DNA of 64,000 nt, taken from Octopus sinensis. Its lineage: Eukaryota. The notes below the pieces were generated by a model. It was not told the DNA's origin. It did no database searches and saw only the letters and a list, made by a program, of their open reading frames with translations. The stretch covers positions 58,032,001-58,096,000 of the forward strand of contig NC_043002.1 in the NCBI RefSeq assembly GCF_006345805.1, in the 5' to 3' direction. The position numbers and the translations under genes were made by a program. This document shows positions 25,645 to 38,174 of this stretch, one piece after another; within the stretch, counting starts at the first letter, position 1; each line of letters starts with the position of its first letter.

Positions 25645-25645
<1 letters not shown>
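25110..25645. mobile_element. Element with partial tandem plus inverted terminal repeats (PLE-like architecture)
   Basis: Direct repeat at 25125 and 25443 (318-nt spacing); inverted repeat ~25390-25463 vs 25565-25645; (AT)n on both flanks. Confidence 0.6.
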
Positions 25646-25690
<45 letters not shown>

Positions 25691-25967
25691 AATACAAGTA
25701 ATAGATAATGTATATGTGTGTGTATTCGATGGGCTTTCACACAGTTTCCGATAACCAAATTTACTCACAAAGTATTGGTCGATCAGTGCCTACTATAGTA
25801 GAAAACGCCGAAGACGCCCTCGCCGTAAGACCGAACCGAAAACCACATTGTCTCAAAGCGATATTCTTTGCTACAAAGGTACGACCGTAACTGTCGTTCG
25901 ACTGAGAACAGTAATACAAAGGATACGAAGACATCGATAAAAATCTCCCCGAGGAAAAAAAATTGTA

Positions 25968-26322
25968 AAAAAAGGCATCACAGATGTGATGCATACCCTG
26001 CGCAAACACAAGGATAAAATAATTAAATTAAATTCAATAAATATATTCTCAGACGAATTCATATTTCAATATCATGGCATCAAGTGTTATTTCCCCTGCT
26101 TATCGTTTATACAGTACATATGTAACAAAGAAAATATAACATTTTGATTCACCCGTCCGCCAAAATTTCAATGAATTCGAGCCACTCACCCAATGAGCAT
26201 TTCTGCCAAATTTGGTGAAAATCCGTTCAGCCGTTTCCCAGGAATTTTGCAAACACACAGACAAACAGACAAATACGAGTGACTACAATGCCCGGATGTC
26301 GGTTACGCGCGCAGGGCAATAA
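25968..26322 (+). mobile_element. Helentron-associated (HINE/DINE-1-like) non-autonomous element
   Basis: ccaaatttggtgaaaatccgttcagccgtt core followed by (CAGA/CAAA) microsatellite and a terminal GC-rich segment. Confidence 0.55.
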
Positions 26323-26794
26323 CAGAAAATGCCTACTTTGCTTTGATATCTAATTGAGCTTAAATTCGCTTTCACTGCATCCTAAGTATTTGTCAACTTG
26401 TTTGATAAAGAAGGCACTTTGGTTATTGTAGAAGACGTGAAGTCAAATTTCAAATACACAAGGCATTAATAATGAAATGATGGGCATGGTTACGTCTTTG
26501 AAGTCGTACAAGAGAGTGTACTATTATCGGTAGAAACCACAAGTGTACAGCAGGGAAAGCCTGTCACTGACATGTTTACAGGAACGACATTCTTCTGCTT
26601 AGGTGCATTTCCGTTTGATCTCTGGTGGTATAAGCAATTCACGCATAAATCTAGGAATGCTACATGTCTTGTCTACTTGTCGTTGATACTAGTGCGAGAA
26701 GATGCGAATATATACGCAGGAACATAAATATATATATATAATATATATATAATATATATATATTATATATATATTATATATATATATATATAAT

Positions 26795-27100
26795 TCACCG
26801 TGATCACCGTGACCAACCAGGCTATCAGATGTTTCTACACATCGCTGGTCACAATGCGTTTCGCATTGTTTTAGCCTTCAAATGGCAACACCCCGCTGGC
26901 TAAGCGAGCAGGCCAACAGAAGAGTGAGAGAAAGTTGTGGCGAAAGAGTAGAGCAGGGATCGCCACCATCCCCTGCCGGAGCGTCGTGGAGCTTTAGGTG
27001 TTTTCGCTCAATAAACACTCACAAGGCCTGGTCTGGGAATCGAAACCACGATCCTCCGACCACGAGTCCGCTGCCTAACCACTGGGCCATTGCGCCTCTA
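26795..27100 (-). mobile_element. tRNA-derived SINE family C, tail type 1
   Basis: Minus head gaggcgcaatggcccagtggttaggcagcggactcg..ggtttcgattccc (A and B boxes). Confidence 0.75.
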
Positions 27101-27125
27101 CACATATATATATATATATATATAT

Positions 27126-27169
<44 letters not shown>

Positions 27170-27213
27170 CAGAGAGAGAAAGCGAGCGAAGAGAGAGTGA
27201 CAGAGACAGAGTC

Positions 27214-27296
<83 letters not shown>

Positions 27297-28014
27297 CACG
27301 TGTGCGTTGATGTGTGTGCGTGTTTGTGTGTGTGTATTTCCTAATACCTACCAATTTTGTCACATCTTGTCCACCTAAACCTCTATCCTGTATAACACAT
27401 ACATCATACACACGCACGCAGAAATAGAAAATAGCATTTACCCACATAAAAACTGCAAACAAGACACACACAACTGCACCCAAGCACGCACACACACACA
27501 CACACTCGCTAACACGCACACACATATAACAGGTTCACAGATGTCACCCTTTCCACCCAAGCCTCAAGAAAACTCTAGACAGTTGTCCTTGCCACTCACA
27601 CCTCTAGCAACCTCTTCCTTTTCCAGCATTTCAGAATGCGGCGACCGTTTGACGGAGGCACGCTTGTTCTTTTCTCTCTCCGTTTTTTTTTTTTCTTCTC
27701 CGCGTTTGTTCTTTCTGTAGCTGAGCATGTGCTCGAAACACAAAAGCCTTTTTCTTATATTTTTGCTGACGATCAACATATTACACCACCTCGTAAAATT
27801 TTTAGTCGAATGAATCGATCCAATTCTATATTTTCGTAAGCCAGGTACTTATTCTATCAGTCTCTTTTGCCGAACCACTAAGTTACGGTGATTTTAGCAC
27901 ACCAACATCGGTTATCAAGTGGAGGTAGGGTAGAGACGGAGACAAGAAGGCACACCCACTCAGAGTCATATGTATCACCAGCTGGCGAAAATCACCTAGG
28001 AACGCCGGGGGCAC

Positions 28015-28057
28015 TGCTAAGTCTGGATTTCTGTCTTGTTAAACTTCATCAGTAGCA
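28015..28057 (-). ncRNA. Type I hammerhead motif, cleavage triplet mutated
   Basis: Minus strand TGCTA-CTGATGA-A-gttt-aaca-agac-A-GAAA-T-ccag-A-CT-TAGCA. Confidence 0.6.
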
Positions 28058-28929
28058 CGTGAGTATGTATATAAAGGATTTTGATATCACGTTCCTATGT
28101 ATGTGAGTGTGTTTGTGTGTGTGTATATATGTGTTTGCAACGATTGCTTCTATGCGTGTGTTTATGTACGTTTATACATTAGTATGAGACTGTGTAAATA
28201 TGAGTGTGTATATGTGTAATTGTGCGTATTAAATATTTGTATGTGAGTTTTTTTTTATATATTCAAAGAAGTTAATATTGTTGATTAAAATCCTAATCAA
28301 ATATATATTTTAATTTTAGTTTTCTCAGACTGGATGTTTTGTGGTGTATATTTTTCATTTAATATATATTCTGCTATTTATTGTTTATTAATTTCATTAT
28401 AAGCATCTGTTTGTACATCTGCTTTTATCTGTTTGCGTTTGTATTATTTATTATTGTGAACTACATGCGTGTGCGCGCGCGAGCGTGTGTGTATGTGTGC
28501 GAGTGTGTATACATATATATATATACATGTACATATAAATATACATATACAAAAATATTTGCACATATATATGTGTAAATATATATGTATGTATATATGT
28601 ATATATATGTATATATATATATATATTATATGTATATAAATATATATTTATATACATATATATATGTGTGTGTGTGTGTATTCATATGTATATATATATA
28701 TGTGTGTGTATATATATACATATATACATACAGACATACTTATCTTAAAATGCAATGAAATTTAGAATATTAAACTACGTTAAGCTAAAGTTTATTGCGC
28801 TGATTTTAACCCACAAAAATACAGAAAATACAGACTCATAGATAAACATAAATATAATGGCATAAATATACACACGTGACTGTCTAGTTAAGTACAATAT
28901 ATATTTCTATTTAATAAATATCAGCAAAT

Positions 28930-29275
28930 GGAGGCGCAATGGCCCAGTGGTTAGGGCAGTGGTCATAGGATCGGGGTTTCGATTCTCAGACCGGCTGTTG
29001 TTAGTGTTTATTGAGCGAAAACACCTACAGCTCCACGAGGCTCCGACAGGAGGTGGTGGAGAACCCTGCTGTAGTCTTTCGCCACAACTTTCTCTCACTC
29101 TTTCTTCTTGTTTCTCTTGTACTTGTATTTCAAAGAGCCGGCCTTGTCACACTCTGTGTCACGCTGAATCCCCGAGAACTACGTTAAGGGTACACGTGTC
29201 TGTGGAGTGCTCAGCCAATTTCACGTTGATCGGATCAACTGGAACCCTCGTCGTCGTAACCGACGGAGTGCCACG
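28930..29275 (+). mobile_element. tRNA-derived SINE family C, tail type 2
   Basis: Same head as 26795-27100; tail shared with 56985-57305. Confidence 0.75.
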
Positions 29276-30010
29276 AATACCAGCAAAGAACATTACATTT
29301 TATTTCAGTGTAAATAATAAAATATATTACTTGTTACATGTTGTAATTATGAGTATCGCCTTTATGAATATATATATCTATATATGTGTACATACATACA
29401 TGCACACACAGGAATGTACGTATGTACACAAATATCTATGTCTCACCGAATGAGGTTGAAATATTAGTATGATTGCAATTAAAAATACATATAAATATGC
29501 TCACATACATTCGCAGCGACACAGAAGCACACCCAAACATATAAACATATAAATGTCTGTAAATACGTGGGCTGCGTTAGTATTTATGTGCGCGCGCGCA
29601 TGCACACACACACACACACACACATACACATGCATATATAAGATGATAATTTTTTTTAGAAAGCCAATATTTCTGCTGTTCTAACGGTATTTATGCGTTG
29701 GAAAAAATTATCATCTTATTTGTATCGTACAGTACATATATATATATATCTCTATATAGGTAATAGATAGATAGAAGATAGATAGATAGATAGATAGTGA
29801 TAGATAATAGATGATAGATAAAAAGATAGAGACATAGATACATTATACATACATACAACATACATACATACATACATACATACATACCTACATACATACA
29901 TACATACATACAACATAATACATACATACATACATACAATTATATATATATATAGATGATATATATAATATATATATTAGATATAATATATATATATCTA
30001 TATATATATA

Positions 30011-30045
<35 letters not shown>

Positions 30046-30088
30046 GATATATATATATATTATATATCAATATATAATATATATATAT

Positions 30089-30136
<48 letters not shown>

Positions 30137-30459
30137 AATAGATAGATAGATAGTGAGAGAGAGAGAGAGAGAAGAGAGAGAGCTAAATTGATAGATAAGA
30201 TTCTGAAAAGATATAAATATCACATATGTATCGAAGCTCATTTATTTGCAACAGCTGTTTCATTGGGTGTAAGCCCAAATAACTCAACAACTGCACAATT
30301 AAGAAACATGGGCAATGAAAATTAATTGAAATTAAATTAATGGTTCATGGCTAGCATCGCCGTTAGTATTTCTGGTGATTCGGGATAAGCATAGCTTTGA
30401 ATAAATTTAGTTTAAATAAATTTACCTTGAATATGTTATTTAAGTAAATATTCTTTTCT

Positions 30460-30862
30460 ATTCTAGGTACAAAGCCCGAAGTTTTGGAGGAGGCGCCAGT
30501 CGATTACACCGGCCCAGTACACAACTGGTACTTTATTTATCGACCCCGAAGGATGAAAGGCAAAGTCGACCTCGGTGGAATTTGAACTCAGAACGTAACG
30601 GCAGAAAATACCTATTTCTTTACTAGCCACAGAGAGGACACACAAGGACAGACAAACGGATAAATCGATTACATCGACCCCAGTGCGGAACTGGTACCTA
30701 TTAAATCGACCCCAGTGCGGAGCTGGTACCTATTAAATCGACCCCGAAAGGATGAAAGGCAAAGTCGACCTCGGCGGAATTTGAACTCAGAACGTAACGG
30801 CAGACGAAATACGGCTACGCATTTCGCCCAGCGTGCTAACGGTTCTGCCAGCTCGCCGCCTT
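30460..30862 (-). mobile_element. SINE family B dimer
   Basis: Two cores plus an internal 27-bp duplication (tcgaccccagtgcgga-ctggtacctattaaa). Confidence 0.8.
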
Positions 30863-31204
30863 GCATGCGTATGATATATGTGTCTGAGTATGCCTGCTAG
30901 TGTAAACTGGTGTCGTTTTGTGGTACTTCATATAACGATTAGTTATTATTAATCACCGTGGATATATATTTTTGTATGTTTTACGCATCATCTTTATGTG
31001 TGTGTGTGTTGTGTGTGTGTGTGTACGTATACGTGTGTAGGTGTGCGTGCGTATGTGTGTGTGAACATCTATGTAAATGTGTATATAAGTATATCTGATG
31101 ATTGTCTTGTTCGTATCTTATTTCTAGTATGAAACCAATTGTTAACATGGCTGTAATGCAACTATAATATGTAGTTATTTATCCGTAGATTTTAAAAAAA
31201 CTAT

Positions 31205-31245
31205 GAACAGTCGGTTTTCGAATCTTATTGAATTCTCATCAGAGG
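31205..31245 (-). ncRNA. Hammerhead core (copy 2 of a tandem pair)
   Basis: Minus strand CTGATGA-gaattc-aataa-gattc-GAAA; stems I and III degenerate. Confidence 0.5.
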
Positions 31246-31494
31246 TGTCAATATCATTTCACAAATCTCAGAGAAACAGCAGCTAGTGTGTCTATGTACA
31301 CTGCATAACCAGTAAAGAGAACTGAAGCGATTAAATTGCTAATATAAGCATTCAACTCTTTATTTTATATCAACAGCTTATCAACAGGGACCTCAGTCCA
31401 CTCACTACCAATGTATGATATAATATACGTAAACCTGTGCAATAAACAACACAAATTTAAGTGTTTCCCTGTAGAATGTAAAATTTTTGAACGG

Positions 31495-31536
31495 TCTTAA
31501 TCTATTTTCGAACCCTATTGGACTCTCATCAGAGTG
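31495..31536 (-). ncRNA. Hammerhead motif (copy 1 of a tandem pair)
   Basis: Minus strand ct-CTGATGA-gagtcc-aata-gggttc-GAAA-A-taga-TTA-ag. Confidence 0.6.
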
Positions 31537-31558
31537 ACTACACCACTTAACCATCCTC

Positions 31559-31634
<76 letters not shown>

Positions 31635-31891
31635 AAGATAGATAGATAGATAAGTTACTTTATTAGTCACACAGGGACGAACACAGAGGGGACAAAATAC
31701 GATGTAGAGCTTTTCTTTTCGAAATAGAAAAGAAAAGGAGAAAAATAAAATTCCCATCAAAAGGGATCGTGTATCACAGAGAAATTTTAAGTGTAAAAAG
31801 CAAGATTTATCCGTGGAAAGAAAAGCCTACGGAAAAGACCACAGTAACCTCAGGCAGGGAGGAAATAAACACATGAGAGCAAAGTGCTCTC

Positions 31892-31977
<86 letters not shown>

Positions 31978-32324
31978 CGATGCTTCCGCTTCGTCTTAGC
32001 GTTATTATTAACCATTATATCTGGAACTCAAATAGACTTACATTTCTCAGTATTAATACGGTCCTAACTCATATAAACCAGTAGGTTCTTTTAAGACTCT
32101 TACCTACTGTTATCTTCCATAATAATCTTTTTTGTCATCTTAACTTTAATAGAAACAATACTCAAGTACTTCTGCTGTTAAGCTTAACTTTTCCTCGGTC
32201 TTCCTTCACCTTTAATATATTCTCTCACTTTATGCATTCACTCTCCATTCATTTATTTCAATTTCATTTATCTCTAAATGATAAAACTCACCCGTTTTCT
32301 CTTGATTAATATTTTTAAAATTCA

Positions 32325-33310
32325 GGGCGGCGAGCTGGCAGAAACATTAGCACGCCGAGCGAAATGCTTAGCTGTATTTCGTCTGCCATTACGTTCTGAG
32401 TTCAAATTCCGCTGAGGTCGACTTTGCTTTTCATCCTTTCGGGGTTGATTAAATAAGTACCAGTTACACACTGGGGTCGATATAATCGATTGTCTGTCCT
32501 TGTTAGCCCCTTGTGGGTAGTAGAAAAATAGGTATTTGGTCTGCCGTTAAGTTCTGAGTTCAAATTTCGCCGAGGTCGACTTTGCTTTTCATTCTCTTGG
32601 TGTGGATTAAATAAGTACCATTTTTGCACTGGAGTCGATGTAATTGACCTAATCCCTTTGTCTGTTCTTTTTTTGTACCCTCTATGTTTAGCCCTTTGAG
32701 GGCAATTAAGAAATAGATATTCTTACCATTCTTATGCGGTGAGCTGGCAGAAACGTTAACACGCCGGGTGAAATGCTTAGCGGTATTTCGTCTGCTGCTA
32801 CGTTCTGAGTTCAAATTCCGCCGAGGTCGACTTTGCCTTTCATCCTTTCGGGGTCGATTAAATAAGTACCAGTTACGCACTGGGGCCGATATAATCGACT
32901 TAATCCGTTTGTCTGTCCTCGTTTGTCCCCTTGTGAGTAGTAAAGAAATGGGTATTTCGTCTGCCGTTACGTTCTGAGTTTAAATTCCGCCAAGGTCGAC
33001 TTTGCCTTTCATCTTTTCGAGGTCGATAAATTAAGTAACCGTTACGCACTGGGTCTATGTAGTCGACTTAATCCCTTTGTCTGTCTTTCTTTGTCCCCTC
33101 TATGTTTAGCCCCTTGTGGGTAATAAAGAAAAAAGAAACGTTTCTATGCCGGGCGTCTTTACGTTCTGAGTTCAAATTCCGCCGAGGTCGACTTTCCCTT
33201 CTATCCTTTCGAGGTCGATAAATTAAGTACCAGTTGCGTACTTGGGTAGATCTAATCGACTGGTCTCTTCCCCAAAAATTTCGGGCTTTGTGCCTAGAGT
33301 AGAAAAAAAT
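32325..33310 (+). mobile_element. Tandem array of about five SINE family B cores (MetaSINE-like central domain)
   Basis: Repeated gttctgagttcaaattccgccgaggtcgactttgcctttcatcctttcggggtcgat..aagtaccag. Confidence 0.85.
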
Positions 33311-33502
33311 TCTAATTTCCTGTTTGTCGTCACAATACTTCGTTCTAAAAAGTTTTTCCATTACTTCTGTAACAAAACTTCAAGATAGAAAATCTCCCAC
33401 TATGAGCAATACTGAGAAAGAAATACATTGGAAGCGCTATCAGGATCTCGGAGTGCCTTGACCATGGGTACCTTGATAGATTCAAGTTGAGATTAATATC
33501 TA

Positions 33503-33716
33503 TATTTGGTTAGTGCATAATTTATTGCGGCTTTTTTTTTTTCAATAAATTTTATCCAACAAAAAATTTAAACAAAACGTCAAGCAGAAATTGAAGTAGA
33601 TGGTGAATATGCTCCGTGATAATCATTTAAAGATATTTTTGTTAAATGCTGTTATTGTTTTTGTTGAATAAAATTTATTTAAAAAAAGGCGCAATAAATT
33701 ATGTAACAACCTAATA
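33503..33716. mobile_element. mariner-derived MITE
   Basis: Degenerate TIRs matching 46103-46365; TA flanks. Confidence 0.75.
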
Positions 33717-33750
33717 TAACCTTTCTTGAGATTGGCACAAGTCGTGACAA

Positions 33751-33794
<44 letters not shown>

Positions 33795-34762
33795 GGGGTG
33801 GGAGCTAGTCGATTCCGTTGATCCCAGAGCTTGATTGGTACTTATTGTATTGATCCCCGAAGGGATGAAAGGCAAAGTCGACTTCGGCCGAACTTGAACA
33901 CAAAACGTGAAGTCGGAAGAAATGCCGCTAAGCATTTTGTCCGACTGTAAAACTACTACTACTACTAGTAGTAGTAGTAGTTGTGGTTGTGGTTGTTGTT
34001 GTTGTTTCGGTGATGATTTTCCTGGATGTTAGTGTTGATGATGGTAGTGATGTTGGGATCATGGCGTGGATGGAAGTAATGGTGGGGAGTCTTTGCTCTG
34101 CAGGAAACCGTATTCATAACGGCGGAAGTGACAGTTGTTATCAAGGTGGCATTATTGATGGTGGATGTGCTGGTGGTATAAACAGCAGCGGTGCTAATGG
34201 TGTTTGTAGTGGTGACCGTGGTAGCAGTGTTTGCAGTGGTGGTGATGGTGGTGGTTGTAGTGGTGGTAGTGGTGAGATGTGGTGTGGTATTGGTGATTTT
34301 TGTTGTTGTCGTTGTGTTGTGGTAGTGGTGATGACGATTGTGATGGTGATGGTGATGGTGATGATGTTGTTGCTCGTCAATAGATCTATGTGTAAGAAAA
34401 AAAAAAGGAAATGAACCACAGTTTCTTCAACAAAACAAAAATGCCGACAGCAAATAATTTTCTTCTACTTCGCCATTCTCCATATCAGCAGATAACATAA
34501 AAATAAAAATAAAAATAAACATTACAAAAAATAGCAGAGCAAATAGTCAAAACGATATTCATACTCTGAGTGTGTGTGTGAGGCTGGTGTGGGGGGGGTT
34601 ACTCTATGTGTGTGTGTGTGTGTGTGTCTTTTTGTATGTGTGTATGTGTTTTTGCGTGCGTGTGTGTGCGTGATTGCGTACGTGTGCGCTCGTGGCTATG
34701 CGTATATATACTTACGTCGGATTGTTTGTGTGTCTGTATACCAATATATATGTATGTATATA

Positions 34763-34794
<32 letters not shown>

Positions 34795-34998
34795 CTTATA
34801 CATATATGTGGTGTGTGTGTGTATACATTAAATACGTACATAAATGCATATATACACATACATACACACAAACATACGTGTATACATAGAGTTCGTTTAT
34901 TCCTATATATCTAAAATTGCCAAATATCCATCAGGAAATAATTCCAAATGAATTATGCTGGTTCTGCAGTTTTGAATTGAGAGAGAAGAACGCAAAAA

Positions 34999-35048
<50 letters not shown>

Positions 35049-35171
35049 GAAGAAGAAGAAGAAGAAGAAGAAGAAGAAGAAGAAGAAGAAGAAGAAGAAG
35101 AAGAAGAAGAAGAAGAAGAAGAGGAGGAGGAGGTAGAAGAAGAAGAAGGAGGAGGAGGAGGAGGAGGAGAA
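34999..35171. repeat. Compound (GAT)n(GAA)n(GAG/GGA)n trinucleotide microsatellite
   Basis: Direct read of the sequence. Confidence 0.95.
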
Positions 35172-35375
35172 TAAATAGTTAATGATAATAACAAAAGAAA
35201 ACGTAATAAGAATGAGTGAGTTTTTCTACATGTTTACCACTTTAAAAAGCGAACATGGTTCCAACAGAGAGGTAAAAACAAGCAGCAAAACAGACGGAGA
35301 GATATATGAATCTCAGAAAAGAAATTCTGAGAATCAAAAGTAGTTGAATGTGTTGCCATCATAGATTTAAAATAG

Positions 35376-36010
35376 AAGGCGGTGGGCTGGCAGAAACGTT
35401 AGCACGCCGGGCGAAATGCTTAGCGGTGTTTCGTCTGTCTTTATGTTCTGCGTTCAAATTCCGCCGAGGTCGACCTTATCTTTCATCTTTTCGGGGTCGA
35501 TAAATTAAGTACCAGATGCGTACTGGGGTCGATCTAATCGACTGGCCCCTCCCCACAAATTTCGGGCCTTGTGCCTAGAGTAGAAGAGATTGTATATTTA
35601 AAATAGAAGGCAGCAGGCTGGCAGAATCGTTAGCACGCCGGTCGAAATGCTTTGCGGTGTTTCGTCTGTTTTTACGTTCTGAGTTCAAATTCCGCCGAGA
35701 TCGACTTTGCCTTTCATCCTTTCGGGGTCGATAAATTAAGTACAAGGGAAACACTGAGGTCGATCTAATCAACTAGTCCCCTCCCCCATATTTCAGGCCT
35801 TGTGCCTATAGTAGAAAGGATTATATATTTAAAATAGGGTGGCAGGCTGGCAGAATTGTTAGCACGCCGGGCGAAATGCTTAGCGCTGTTTCGTCTGCTT
35901 TTTCGTTCTGAGTTCAAATTCCGCCAAGGCCGACTTTGCCTTTCATCCTTTCGGAATCGTTAAAATTAATACCGGGATCGATCTAATCGACTCAGCTCCT
36001 CCCCACGAAT
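35376..36010 (+). mobile_element. Three head-to-tail SINE family B copies
   Basis: Each unit is preceded by atttaaaatag; ~230-bp period. Confidence 0.85.
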
Positions 36011-36352
36011 TCTACTCCAAAATTTTAAACTATTATATATCTGAATTACAAGCCTGCGAGCTTACAAAATCGTGAGTGTGTCGGACAAAATACTTAGTGC
36101 CTTTTCTTCCGGATCCTTATGCTTTGAGCTCATATCCAACCGAAGTCGACTTCGCCCTTCATTCTATCGGGGTCGATAAAATAGAGTACCAGTCAAATAC
36201 TGGGGTCGACTAACCTTATACCCCTAAAATGGCTGACCTTATACCTAAATTTGAAATCATATCTAAAAGAAACGTTATTTTTTCAGTGTTATGATTGGTG
36301 CTAGTAATGATGGCAGTGGTGGTGGTGCTAATGTTGTTGTTGATGTTGGTGG

Positions 36353-36430
36353 TGGTGATACCGCCAGTGGTGGTGGTGGTGATACCGCCAGTGGTGGTGG
36401 TGGTGATACCGCCAGTGGTGGTGGTGGTGG
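36353..36430. repeat. 3 x 21-bp minisatellite within a GGT-rich tract
   Basis: gtgataccgccagtggtggtg repeated. Confidence 0.85.
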
Positions 36431-37335
36431 TGGCAGTGGTGTTTTTATGTTCTAGTTTCACATTCTGTCTAAGTGTTTTTGATGTCCTGTACCCATATAT
36501 GCACGTATATATACATATATAAGTAGGTATATACATATACGTGTGTATATATGCATATTATTATATACTATTTATATTATTATATGATCGAACGCCACGC
36601 ATCCTTTTCCAAGTAAGGTTTATCTTAATAATTACGATGCGCACACTTATTCTATCTCTTTTCTGTCTATCTATCTCCCTCTCTTGTTCTTCTTCCTTTC
36701 TGTTTTTCTCTCTAACCTATTCTTCTCTTTCTCCCCTTCACCGCACCCCTTCTGTCTCTCACTCTCCCTCTTTGACACTCTCGTTGCTCACACGTGACTA
36801 ACGGCCATTCTTTCTTTCTTCCACTTTCTAAAGACAAGACGTGCTTTTATCTGTCTCTTCTCAAAGCTCTTTTTTCTAGTATTCACCACTTCACATCATA
36901 TTGGCTTAACAGCCCTCACCATTTGTTTTTACTGTTTTGTTATCACTGTCCTGTGTTTGTTACCACTTTCACCCTCCGCAAAAAATCCCAAATTTTATTT
37001 AATTTGCTTTGCGGGAAGGACTGTTTTAAAGAAGTCGCGTCTTTTCCTTACCTTCGAAACGCCGAGTAGATAAAATAGGGGACAACTGATGAAGGGAATG
37101 TTCTTTATGTTGCATGTTTCGTTTCTCTGTTTGTTTCTTTTCGTTGTTCGAAAAACAGTTCGTTTTCTGCTTTCTGGTTTTTTATGTTCCCGTTTCTCAT
37201 TCTGTCTAAATTTTTTTGATGTCCTGTACCCATATATGCACGTATATATAAATATATATGTAGGTATGTACATATATGTATGTATATATGCATACATTTA
37301 TATATTATTTATACCATATATATATATATATGTAT

Positions 37336-37428
<93 letters not shown>

Positions 37429-37437
37429 ATATTATAA

Positions 37438-37821
37438 TCTCTCTCTATAAAAAACGGCAGTTTGTCTGTGCGTGTTTCTGTGTGTCTGTTTGCTTGTACC
37501 CTCACCCTGACCACGGTTTCAACCGATTCTGATGAAACTTGACACACACATAGCCCAATGTCATAATTCAAAACTAACGCAGCGAAAATTTTGAAAAGTT
37601 CCCCCAGTTCTGAAAAAAATCGATAAATTCGACATGGGGTCGAGAATCAGAAACACAAACCAAAAACTGTCTAGGGGACGCAACTCCACTTTTTTAAATT
37701 TAAAATAAAAATTTACCATCATTTTTTTCCATTTTTTTGCTATTTTTTGGCTATAAATCTCTAAAAATGCTTTATAGTTATTTCCCTTACAAACCTGAGC
37801 AACGCCGGGCGATACTGCTAG
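37438..37821 (+). mobile_element. Non-autonomous Helitron
   Basis: 5' TC, (TCTG/GT) tract, subterminal hairpin cctgagcaacgccggg, 3' CTAG; inserted between A and T. Confidence 0.8.
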
Positions 37822-37837
37822 TTATATATATATATAT

Positions 37838-37870
<33 letters not shown>

Positions 37871-38022
37871 ATATATAATATATATTATATATTATATATA
37901 TATATATTATATTATTTATATATATATTATATATATATATATTATATATATATATATAATATTATATATATTATATATTATATATATATTATAGATTATA
38001 TATATATAATATATATATATTT

Positions 38023-38150
<128 letters not shown>

Positions 38151-38174
38151 GCTATATATATATATATATATATA

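Noticed and set aside
33983-34419. Gly/Cys-rich and Pro-rich ORFs
   Set aside because: GGT/GAT low-complexity tract with no splice or domain support
34917-35174. Poly-D/E acidic ORF
   Set aside because: Compound trinucleotide microsatellite with no flanking coding signal
37525-37545. CTGATGAAAC in the Helitron as a hammerhead
   Set aside because: No stem II or cleavage-site geometry; part of a common Helitron internal motif
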